64,000 nucleotides of DNA from an uncultured Bacteroidales bacterium (GTDB lineage: Bacteria > Bacteroidota > Bacteroidia > Bacteroidales > FEN-979), in the NCBI GenBank assembly GCA_903929315.1, contig CAIYUC010000066.1, forward strand, positions 10,523-74,522. Reading direction: 5' to 3'. The notes beneath the pieces are model-generated. The model made no database searches and was not told the DNA's origin. It worked only from the letters and a program-made list of their open reading frames with translations. Positions 1 to 7,797 of this stretch are shown here, in pieces. The number at the start of each line of letters is the position of its first letter. The stretch's first letter is position 1. Both the position numbers and the translations under genes were made by a program.

Positions 1-1529
1 TTTGCCTGGCAATGACCAGTTTGCTTGAGTTCTTCTGCTACCTGGGAGGGAAGGATGTTGAGCAGCAGTTCTTCGCTTTTCTTTTTTTCTTTACTGATCC
101 TGATCCGCTGACGGAAAAACACTCCTGCAAAAAGCAGCACCACTGCAAAGCCGCCAATAAATCCGTTACGAACCAATTTTTGTCTCTGCAATTCTTTATG
201 TGCTATGGCATCTTTCTTTTCCTGCTCTGCTTTTGACACTGCTTCTTTTTTATCAAACCCTATTTGCATTATTTTCTTTGTTTTTTCCACGTTGAACATG
301 CTATCACGGGTGATAATGTACATTTTGTAATGCTCCCATGCCCTTTTAAAGTCTCCCTTCGAGCTATCTAACGCAGCCAATCCACTATAGCTTTCGTTAA
401 TAACATTCAAACTGCCAATATCTTTTGCAAGTGACAGCCCTTTATTTAAAAATTGAGATGCTTCGTTATATTTTTTCTGCTTGGTATAAATTATTCCGAT
501 GTAGTTGCAAGAATTAGCGATGCCATATTTATCCCCAATTTCTTCTTTGATTTTTAATGAAGTGAATTGCTTTTTCAATGCTTCGGGATAATTACCCTGT
601 GCATAATAAATATTTCCGATGTTTGAGTAAGTAGCAGCGATGCCATATTTATACCCGATTTCTTCTTCGATTTTTAATGAATTGAAATAATTCTTCAATG
701 CTTCGGGATAATTGCCTTGCTCCTGATAAATAATCCCGATGTTGTTGTAACAATTAGCAATGCCCTGTTTAGACCCGATTTCTTTATCGATTTTTAATGC
801 AGCGAAATAATTCTTCAATGCTTCGGGATAATTATCCTGATCATCATAAATATTTCCGATGTTGTTGTAAGAAACAGCGATGCCATATTTATCCCCGATT
901 TCTTCTTTGATTTTTAATGAAGCGAAATGATTCTTTAAGCCTTCGAGAAAGTTACCTTGATTAACATAAATAAGTCCGATGTTGTTGTAAGAAGCAGCAA
1001 TGCCCTTTTTATCCCCGATTTCTTCTCTGATTTTTAATGAAACCAAATAATTCTTCAATGCTTCGGGATAATTCCCCTGATTAGAATATACACGTCCGAT
1101 GTTGTTGTAAGCGAGGGCTTTCTGATTCAATATTTTTGATTTGCTGCCAGTTTTTTTTGTCCCGTTACCTATCGGGAGAAGCTGGTCATATATCTTTAAT
1201 GCATCATTGATGGTTTTCAATGACTCTTCATTTTTACCAAGACTGGCTGTTGCTATTGAAATATCTAAATACGAATCAGCAGTTCCCATTTTATAATTTA
1301 ATTTTGTTGCAAGTACTTGTGCTTCGCTGGCAAAATAAATTGATGTGTCAGGGTTATTATTCGTAAATATAATAGCGAGGTTATTTAGTGTATTTACTTT
1401 GCTGGTGTCAGCTTTGGCGGCTTTTAATACCGCAAAGAGGGAGTCAATTTTTCCCTGTCCTTTCTTTTGAGCATAGGATTTGCTCACTAATACAGCAATC
1501 ATTATGAGGAGGAAGATCAGTTTTTTCAT
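1..1529 (-). CDS. TPR-repeat protein with signal peptide, one TM segment and the start of a probable class III adenylate/guanylate cyclase domain (C-terminus lies outside the window)
   Basis: Minus-strand frame is open from the ATG at 1529-1527 to the window edge; it is missing from the ORF track because no stop falls in the window. N-terminus is MKKLIFLLIMIAVLVSKSYAQ. Repeated 40-aa units read YNNIGxIYxxQGNYPEALKNYxxSLKIxEEIGDKxGIA. These are followed by GFIGGFAVVLLFAGVFF and LLNILPSQVAEELKQTG, which resembles the usual start of Bacteroidota cyclase domains. Confidence 0.8.
   Translation of the reverse strand, partial: MKKLIFLLIMIAVLVSKSYAQKKGQGKIDSLFAVLKAAKADTSKVNTLNNLAIIFTNNNPDTSIYFASEAQVLATKLNYKMGTADSYLDISIATASLGKNEESLKTINDALKIYDQLLPIGNGTKKTGSKSKILNQKALAYNNIGRVYSNQGNYPEALKNYLVSLKIREEIGDKKGIAASYNNIGLIYVNQGNFLEGLKNHFASLKIKEEIGDKYGIAVSYNNIGNIYDDQDNYPEALKNYFAALKIDKEIGSKQGIANCYNNIGIIYQEQGNYPEALKNYFNSLKIEEEIGYKYGIAATYSNIGNIYYAQGNYPEALKKQFTSLKIKEEIGDKYGIANSCNYIGIIYTKQKKYNEASQFLNKGLSLAKDIGSLNVINESYSGLAALDSSKGDFKRAWEHYKMYIITRDSMFNVEKTKKIMQIGFDKKEAVSKAEQEKKDAIAHKELQRQKLVRNGFIGGFAVVLLFAGVFFRQRIRISKEKKKSEELLLNILPSQVAEELKQTGHCQA
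481..1100. repeat. Tandem 120-bp coding repeats (TPR units)
   Basis: The string gatgccatattta recurs at 519, 639 and 879. cttcgggataatt recurs at about 583, 703, 823 and 1063. The period is exactly 120 bp (40 codons) inside the TPR ORF. Confidence 0.9.
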
Positions 1530-1542
1530 TGGTGGTTATATA

Positions 1543-1746
1543 TTAAGGTAATATTTTTAGGTTCATTTCTCGCAAAAAGATAGAGTCTGGACTTTCAGAA
1601 ATAGCACGTCCTTTAAGGGCAGTATGTCTGAGACTCTCAAGAAAGTCATCTGTTGATCTGATCCCAATGTTCCAAAGATCATTAGCGATGGATTTGCCGA
1701 TACTTGAAATAGTCATCAACTGCTTTATGGATTCTTCTTTGGTCAT
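1543..1746 (-). CDS. Small helix-hairpin-helix-like protein
   Basis: 67-aa ORF. The motif ISSIGKSIANDLWNIGIRS resembles an HhH (GIGxxxAxxL) DNA-binding hairpin. It sits 14 nt upstream of the TPR gene and in the same orientation. Confidence 0.4.
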   Translation of the reverse strand: MTKEESIKQLMTISSIGKSIANDLWNIGIRSTDDFLESLRHTALKGRAISESPDSIFLREMNLKILP

Positions 1747-1800
1747 TGTTTGTTTAAATGAATGATTTAAAACAGGGGTGACATTTATCCGTTCCTATCA

Positions 1801-2958
1801 TTACTTTCTTTTACTGGCATTTTCCATTATATAATTTCTAAAGAAAGTATTCAGTTCTGATTTCTTTATTCCTAATTCCTTCTCAATCACATCTGAAAAA
1901 CTATTTTGCTTTTTTGAGTATTGTAATAATGCTAACACCTTTGGAAATCCATATTTTTCAATTGTATATTTTATAATGATTGCCCCTAAAACGTACTGGG
2001 GATTTGTCTTGTCGTCTATATATCCGAATTTGTTCTCATTGGTAAAATCTATGTCAGGTTTGTCTTTAATATTGTCATTCAGGTGATTGAGATGCCATTG
2101 AAAAGGTTTTCCCAAAGTGCCGCCAAAATACGTTGCCAATCCTTCATCAAAAAATCCTATTACATCAGGATTTATAATTTTTGTGAAATAGTGCACTAAT
2201 TCATGCCTATGGTTCTCATTAGTAGATGAAAGAATCATATTATCCTTTTCAATGAACTTTCCACCGTGTTTTCCTGTACCAATGCTACCATCATAAATAA
2301 AACCAAGGTGATTCATCAGAGAGGTTGGATTCTTTTCGACAAGATAAATCAATGCTTTTGGTATCGGACAATTAAACAGGTTTGACAAACTATCCTCAAA
2401 ATTGGCGAAGTTCAAAGCATTCTTGTTATCAAATTTATAATCCGAAGGATAGTAATAGCATACATTCTTGACGTTTGTAACCTTTAGTTTCTCTTTATCC
2501 AGATAAAAATAGTTGTAAAGTTTAAACTTGTCATTAATCTTTTTCGCCATTACATAAAATATTACTTGCGTCTTAAACTTACCCGTAGAATCATCTACCC
2601 AGCCTTTGACGTTCATTATCTGGAAAAAGCCTTTTTCTATGGGTTTAATACTTAATATATTGGTCTGAGAATAGTTAAGAAATGGATTAGTTGATAGGAT
2701 CAGGTCAGGATCATTGTACAGTTGTTTTTCCTCTTCATTCCAGTAATTATACCCAGCCGTATCAATTTTGCGGTAAAATCCATCAAGTCTCTGCATGAGG
2801 TATTTTTTCCACAATTCTGTGATGGATCGAATGTCACTATTACTTGTATCTATATCTGTGTAATTGAATCCAATCATTTTATCATAAATAGTTGGCTTTA
2901 ACTGGCTAAACACAAACCATGGGAAAACCATCAGAGTGATAAAGCAAAACGTTTTCAT
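1801..2958 (-). CDS. Secreted HExxH zinc-metallopeptidase-like protein
   Basis: I place the start at the internal Met (MKTFCFITLMVFPWFVFSQ, signal-like) rather than the track start at 3039. The motif is HRHELVHYF followed by DEGLATYFGG (HExxH plus a downstream Glu, gluzincin-like). Confidence 0.6.
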   Translation of the reverse strand: MKTFCFITLMVFPWFVFSQLKPTIYDKMIGFNYTDIDTSNSDIRSITELWKKYLMQRLDGFYRKIDTAGYNYWNEEEKQLYNDPDLILSTNPFLNYSQTNILSIKPIEKGFFQIMNVKGWVDDSTGKFKTQVIFYVMAKKINDKFKLYNYFYLDKEKLKVTNVKNVCYYYPSDYKFDNKNALNFANFEDSLSNLFNCPIPKALIYLVEKNPTSLMNHLGFIYDGSIGTGKHGGKFIEKDNMILSSTNENHRHELVHYFTKIINPDVIGFFDEGLATYFGGTLGKPFQWHLNHLNDNIKDKPDIDFTNENKFGYIDDKTNPQYVLGAIIIKYTIEKYGFPKVLALLQYSKKQNSFSDVIEKELGIKKSELNTFFRNYIMENASKRK

Positions 2959-2979
2959 AGAAAAAGAATAATGGAAAGC

Positions 2980-2987
2980 CAAAGATA
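2980..2987 (-). promoter_or_regulatory. Bacteroidota-type -7 box TATCTTTG
   Basis: Matches TAnnTTTG on the minus strand, 21 nt upstream of the ATG at 2958. Confidence 0.4.
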
Positions 2988-3536
2988 AGCAAACAAGAGG
3001 AATCCCAAGAAGGTTAAGTGGATAACTCCAACCGTCCAATTTGGCTCAATTAGATGCTTTACATTGAACGATCCTTTATCAATGACCTCTTATGTCATCA
3101 AGGTCGAGAAGGAATGCCTGATAGAGGATATATGCATAATTTGACATATTTGGAATAATACAGAAATGGGCATTATGGGATATTGACCTCATTTGACCTC
3201 ATCCTTCCATGGACGAGGCTAAAATAATGAAGATGGGTTTCTAAAACCACACCCCCTCCCTAATAGCGAGTATTGGATTATCAATTTCATAAAAACGATT
3301 TTGAAATCTTTGTCAAATTGGCAAATTTGGCTCAGACTTTTTTTCAGATATACCAGCAGGAAATTTTTTTTTGGATTTTCAGAAATGCCAAAATGAAAAA
3401 ATTTTTTTGGCGTAACGGGAATCAGGTTGCCTAAAATTTTTTTTGGGAAAAAATTCTTGAATTTTTTGGGGGTTTACCACATCCCGATATTGCGAGAGCT
3501 GGACTTGGGGAATTGGTGGTGGTGTGAGATGTGAAT

Positions 3537-4166
3537 TTATTTTTCTCCGATATGAACTTTTTGGTACGCTTTGATTTTTTTGCACCCTACATATGTTAAC
3601 CCTGAGCTGATGATTAATCTCCTAAACTCTTTTGTGCTATAGAACTTCACCATTTCAGACGAAAACAATTTTGTTAATTTATTGCTAATCTTAAGAATCC
3701 AGAGATCAGCGGTTATATCGAGGATATATACCTTGCCACCAATTTTGAGAAGACGGTGCATTTCATTCAACGCTTTATCGGGATTCAGATAATGATGGAA
3801 AGAATGGGTACAGATGATGATATCGAACAAATTATCATCCAGTGGTACTGATTCCACATTGCCTCTTATAAAATGGATACTGTCATTGTCTTTGAAGTTC
3901 TTTTTTGCTTTTTCAATCATTTTCTCAGATAAATCAACGCCATAGAATGAGCCCTTACCCATAACTAATTTTGCAACTTGCCCAATTGCCCAACCCGTTC
4001 CACAGCCAATATCAAGAAAATTCATGTTTTCTTTGATATCCAATAATGACACTACACGGCTTTGAGCTTTTCTTAAATAATCATACAGCCTGCCTTTGCC
4101 ATCAACTGATTCTGCCCATTTATCCCATTTGGCTTTATTTAGTTTTAGATGCTTTGATTCCTCCAT
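3537..4166 (-). CDS. Class I SAM-dependent methyltransferase
   Basis: 209 aa. Motif I is LDIGCGTGW, and the layout is Methyltransf_11-like (DIIICTHSFHH). Confidence 0.8.
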   Translation of the reverse strand: MEESKHLKLNKAKWDKWAESVDGKGRLYDYLRKAQSRVVSLLDIKENMNFLDIGCGTGWAIGQVAKLVMGKGSFYGVDLSEKMIEKAKKNFKDNDSIHFIRGNVESVPLDDNLFDIIICTHSFHHYLNPDKALNEMHRLLKIGGKVYILDITADLWILKISNKLTKLFSSEMVKFYSTKEFRRLIISSGLTYVGCKKIKAYQKVHIGEK

Positions 4167-4215
4167 TTTCAGCTCCTTTCTTTGATCTTAGTACAAAATT
4201 AATGAAGAACTTGGG

Positions 4216-4776
4216 TTAAATCGTCTTAGGTGTGCATTTGATAAAGGTTTTGGTTTCTTCAATGATTTCCCAGCACCCAGATTTCAAGACTTTTTCTTTG
4301 GTCTCCAATCTTGGCTGGTGCCCGTCTTCAAGGTACAGGATGCCATCTGATTTCGCAAGTCTTTTCAATTCTTTTAAGAATAATTGAGAGTTTTTGACCA
4401 TATGAAACATATCCAGAGCATAGATTATATCGGCTTTGTGTGATGGTATATTCACAGACTTACCATTTGTCAGGATTGTCTTTACGTTCTTCAGCCTTTG
4501 TTTTTCTATCAGGAGTATAGCAGCTCGGATGGCGAGTTCGTGAATATCTACTGCATAAACAAGTCCCTGTTCCCCGACCAATTCTGATGCCTTTGGCAGG
4601 TACCTGCCTGTTCCTGACCCATAATCAATCACTGTCTGACCTTTTTGAATGTTAAACGGATCAAGTTTTCTGTTTGGCGATTTAAAGATATCAGTAACAT
4701 TAAACATGAATGCCATTGTTTTGAATGCCCAGTTTGGGATTCTGTCCATTTCATTGCCACGAAGGAATTTTTTCAT
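4216..4776 (-). CDS. Class I SAM-dependent methyltransferase
   Basis: Start trimmed to MKKFLRGNEMD at 4776. Motif I is VIDYGSGTGRY, with a later DIIYALDMFHM. The 52 extra N-terminal codons in the track ORF look non-coding. Confidence 0.75.
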   Translation of the reverse strand: MKKFLRGNEMDRIPNWAFKTMAFMFNVTDIFKSPNRKLDPFNIQKGQTVIDYGSGTGRYLPKASELVGEQGLVYAVDIHELAIRAAILLIEKQRLKNVKTILTNGKSVNIPSHKADIIYALDMFHMVKNSQLFLKELKRLAKSDGILYLEDGHQPRLETKEKVLKSGCWEIIEETKTFIKCTPKTI

Positions 4777-5122
4777 TTTATGGTGATTTAAGTTTTCAAA
4801 GGTAGGTATTACAAAGGAAGTCAAAATTATATTGGTTAGAAAGATCGGGACAGGGTTTATCTGCTGGTGAGGGGGAATTTCCGATAAATGGGGGATTGAA
4901 ATCGATGAATGCAAATGAGGTTTTGCATGCATCAGGCTTTGATTCTTTCAAAAAACTCAGACATAAAAATACAGAAGAGGAACGGAGCGGCAATTTGACC
5001 CACGGTCACAATTAATAAAGTGCCATTAAGAAACAATTAGCTACAGCCAAACAGAGGAACCTTTTTGGAGTTCCTCTATCTGTTTATTAGCGAAAATCGC
5101 ACCATTAAGTCTGTACCTCTTG

Positions 5123-5353
5123 TTACTCAAATATCTTCCTAAACTTGGTTTTCCGCTCCAGTTTCTTTTCAAAAATAAGGAACTCCACCTCATCGATTAC
5201 AAATTCTACCAGAGTGATCCTTTGATAGTTTTTCACTGGAGCGGGACTGGAATCAGATGTCAAATAATGTTCTATACGGGTCACGATGCTCCCATCAACT
5301 TTACTTTCAAATCCATCAACTGGGAAACCTTGCTGATATAGCTCTTGACCCAA
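5123..5353 (-). CDS. Hypothetical small protein (possibly a gene fragment)
   Basis: 76-aa ORF with a TTG start. Its composition is more protein-like than the overlapping plus-strand ORF. An ATG (MKVIG..) lies just upstream in another frame. Confidence 0.3.
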   Translation of the reverse strand: MGQELYQQGFPVDGFESKVDGSIVTRIEHYLTSDSSPAPVKNYQRITLVEFVIDEVEFLIFEKKLERKTKFRKIFE

Positions 5354-5541
5354 TAACTTTCATTGTAAGATGGGTAATAACCGTGATTTAGCTATTAATG
5401 GGGATATTTGTGAGTTATTAAAGCAGTGTGCTGAGTTCACGGTAATAGGCTCCCCTGTTTAGGATGATATTCGGGTATCCTTCTCTAAAGAAAATTGATG
5501 GGTATTTTTTTTTTACTCGTTTTACGTGGACAAAATATGGA

Positions 5542-5577
5542 CAAAAAATAAAAAATGGCCTGAATATCAAGCCATTA
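5542..5577 (-). terminator. Rho-independent terminator downstream of tRNA-Val
   Basis: On the minus strand a stem aatggc/gccatt (5554-5559 and 5571-5576) is followed by ttttatttttt. Confidence 0.5.
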
Positions 5578-5589
5578 TAAAAATAAAAG

Positions 5590-5664
5590 TGGGAACTACT
5601 GGATTCGAACCAGTGACCCTCTGCTTGTAAGGCAGATGCTCTGAACCAACTGAGCTAAGCTCCC
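5590..5664 (-). tRNA. tRNA-Val (anticodon TAC)
   Basis: The reverse complement reads GGGAGCTTAGCTCAGTTGGTTCAGAGCATCTGCCTTACAAGCAGAGGGTCACTGGTTCGAATCCAGTAGTTCCCA. The acceptor stem GGGAGCT/AGTTCCC pairs. The D-loop has AGCTCAGTTGG, the anticodon loop is CTTACAA, and the T-loop is GGTTCGAATCC. No CCA is encoded. Confidence 0.92.
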
Positions 5665-5774
5665 GAAAAAGGTTGCAAAGGTAAAATATTTTTCTGACAC
5701 ACAAGTAATCGGGATGGAACTGCCCTGGGGTTCATACCAGTGATCTCTTCGGGCGAATTTCGAAAAGAGCAAAA

Positions 5775-6230
5775 TTATTTTGGTAAGGCACCAAAGAATT
5801 TTTTCACTCCCCGGTGGAACTTATGAAATCCTTCTACGGTTTCCGCAAACATCAGGATACATTCGCCAAAAACCAGGTTCACATTACCCGAATTGGCAAC
5901 TTCAATCGCTTCCGGCGATTCCGACTTATGCTGGATCCAGATATTGTTCATTCCCCTGGTAATTGCATCCTTAATTATAGGAACTGTTTTTTCCCTTGAA
6001 GAAAGGATTAAAAGGTTGCTTACATGCGAAGGTATTTCCGAAAGATTTTGATAACATCGTTCGCCATTTATTTCCGTTGCCATCGGATTTACCGGATAGA
6101 CTTCATATCCTTTTTTCTTCAATGTAGTATAAACTTGATTTCCGAACTTTTTGGGATCCCTGGAAACACCGGTGATGGCCATTTTTCTCGGTTCGAGAAA
6201 GGTTTCAATTGATTTACGGCTGGTTTTCAT
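5775..6230 (-). CDS. CoA-binding domain protein
   Basis: 151 aa. ITGVSRDPKKFGNQVYTTLKKKGYEVYPVNP is typical of the CoA_binding_2 (YccU-like) family. Confidence 0.8.
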   Translation of the reverse strand: MKTSRKSIETFLEPRKMAITGVSRDPKKFGNQVYTTLKKKGYEVYPVNPMATEINGERCYQNLSEIPSHVSNLLILSSREKTVPIIKDAITRGMNNIWIQHKSESPEAIEVANSGNVNLVFGECILMFAETVEGFHKFHRGVKKFFGALPK

Positions 6231-6269
6231 GGGATATTTATTTAGATGATTATTCTATTCCAATGATCA

Positions 6270-6833
6270 TTACCCTTCATGGGACACGGAAAGGTTGAAC
6301 TTTTCAGGATGTTTTCCTGTTTTATCCAGATAGAATGCATTGATGAACTCCATATCCTTCTCATAATCCCCGGTCGGATAGAGAAGAGGCCCTACTCCTC
6401 CGGTCTTACTGGCATAATCAATATAACCTAAGGCAATGGGCACTTTTGCTGCAAGGGCAATCATATAAAACCCCTTTTTCCACTGACGGACCAAACGACG
6501 GGTTCCTTCAGGCGTGACCACTACAACCAGCGATTCTGCTTCATCAAAGAGCCTGACGACCTCATCGATCATATTATTTTTCTTGCCCCGATCCACCGGA
6601 AGACCACCTAATTTTTTAAGGAGGAAGCCAAGTGGAAATACAAAGACCTCTTTTTTAATAAGAATACGGATTTTTACCCGCGATCCCCAGAATGTAAGAC
6701 GCCCGATCACAAAATCCCAATAACTGGTATGGGGAGCAACGATCATGATGGCTTTGTTGATTCCAGGGGGGATAGCCCCAGTGGTATTCCAGCCGAAAAG
6801 CCGTAAAATAGTATTTGCAAATCTGCTGAACAT
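6270..6833 (-). CDS. 1-acyl-sn-glycerol-3-phosphate acyltransferase-like (PlsC family)
   Basis: Contains an HxxxxD box (HTSYWD) and a PEGTR motif. Confidence 0.8.
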   Translation of the reverse strand: MFSRFANTILRLFGWNTTGAIPPGINKAIMIVAPHTSYWDFVIGRLTFWGSRVKIRILIKKEVFVFPLGFLLKKLGGLPVDRGKKNNMIDEVVRLFDEAESLVVVVTPEGTRRLVRQWKKGFYMIALAAKVPIALGYIDYASKTGGVGPLLYPTGDYEKDMEFINAFYLDKTGKHPEKFNLSVSHEG

Positions 6834-7790
6834 TCACAAGGTCTTTATAAATTCAGATGAGACATAATTCTCTAAACTTAAACAAACCTCTGTTGAAAAA
6901 CGAATACCGGTTCCGGCAATTTTCTCCCATTTCTCCTGCGTGAGTAATGAAATATCCTTCCTGTAAATATTTTCCTTTGACAAGGTATAGATAACACCCG
7001 CATTGAATGCATCCCCTGCCCCGATAGTACTTTTTGGAATGATCGGGGGAGCAGGCAGGTTAAAATGAGAATTATCATAGTAGCAGTCAACTCCAAGCTT
7101 ATTCCTGGTATAAAGTAAACTCATGCATCCAGACTTCCTTATTGTTTGGTAAGTCGTATCGGGATTTTCCGTACCAAAAATAAATAAAAAATCTTCACCT
7201 GATCCCCTAACAATATCAGCAAGAGAAATATTTTCAACAATTAATGGTCTCAGGGATTCTATCCTGGCAAGGTGTGGTTTCCGGAAGTTCGGATCATAAA
7301 TGATCAATGATTTTTGTTTACGTGCATATCGTATGAACCGCATAAGGTTTTCATGGATTTCCTGTGTTATAGCATAAAAAGAACCGAAAAGAACAATATC
7401 GTTCCCTGTCACATCAGGGAAATCGATGGTTAACCTCTCTTTTGGGTAGTGTTTGTAAAAAGAATAATCCGCATTATTGTCACCATCCAGAAACGCCAAA
7501 GCAATAGCGGTCTTTCCATCCGAATATCGTTGAACATGCTCTGTAGAAACCTTGTTCAGGGTGAGAAAATCGAAAATAAGACGACCGGGTTCATCATTTC
7601 CGATTTCACTGATAAAACTGGCAGGAATACCACATCGACCTAATGAAATGGCTGTATTTAACATGGCGCCTCCCGGTCTCGCAGATAAGGGAATACCATT
7701 TTTAAAAATGATATCCCAAACCGTTTCGCCAACAGCAAAGACCTTTCGGATTTTATCCGGGTTCCAATTTTTGCTTTCAGCATTAAACAT
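6834..7790 (-). CDS. PfkB-family carbohydrate kinase (fructokinase-like)
   Basis: 318 aa. It has the C-terminal GAGDAFNAG signature and the N-terminal GGAxxN region of ribokinase/PfkB kinases. Confidence 0.85.
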   Translation of the reverse strand: MFNAESKNWNPDKIRKVFAVGETVWDIIFKNGIPLSARPGGAMLNTAISLGRCGIPASFISEIGNDEPGRLIFDFLTLNKVSTEHVQRYSDGKTAIALAFLDGDNNADYSFYKHYPKERLTIDFPDVTGNDIVLFGSFYAITQEIHENLMRFIRYARKQKSLIIYDPNFRKPHLARIESLRPLIVENISLADIVRGSGEDFLFIFGTENPDTTYQTIRKSGCMSLLYTRNKLGVDCYYDNSHFNLPAPPIIPKSTIGAGDAFNAGVIYTLSKENIYRKDISLLTQEKWEKIAGTGIRFSTEVCLSLENYVSSEFIKTL

Positions 7791-7797
7791 TCTGCTT

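Noticed and set aside
12-236. Plus-strand 74-aa ORF
   Set aside because: It is antisense to the well-supported TPR/cyclase ORF. Its low-complexity Phe/Leu-rich translation is typical of reverse-frame artefacts.
481-1100. Regular 120-bp repeats that at first glance could suggest a CRISPR-like array
   Set aside because: The repeats are contiguous with no unique spacers. They lie in one continuous minus-strand ORF and translate to canonical 40-aa TPR units.
3379-3585. 68-aa ORF in the AnTn-tract region
   Set aside because: It overlaps the 3' end of the methyltransferase gene. It is composed largely of poly-A/T-derived Lys/Phe/Pro codons.
5120-5341. Plus-strand 73-aa ORF overlapping the 5123-5353 minus ORF
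   Set aside because: Only one of the two can be real. The minus-strand translation has the more protein-like composition. Neither has a recognisable family, so only the minus ORF is listed, at low confidence.
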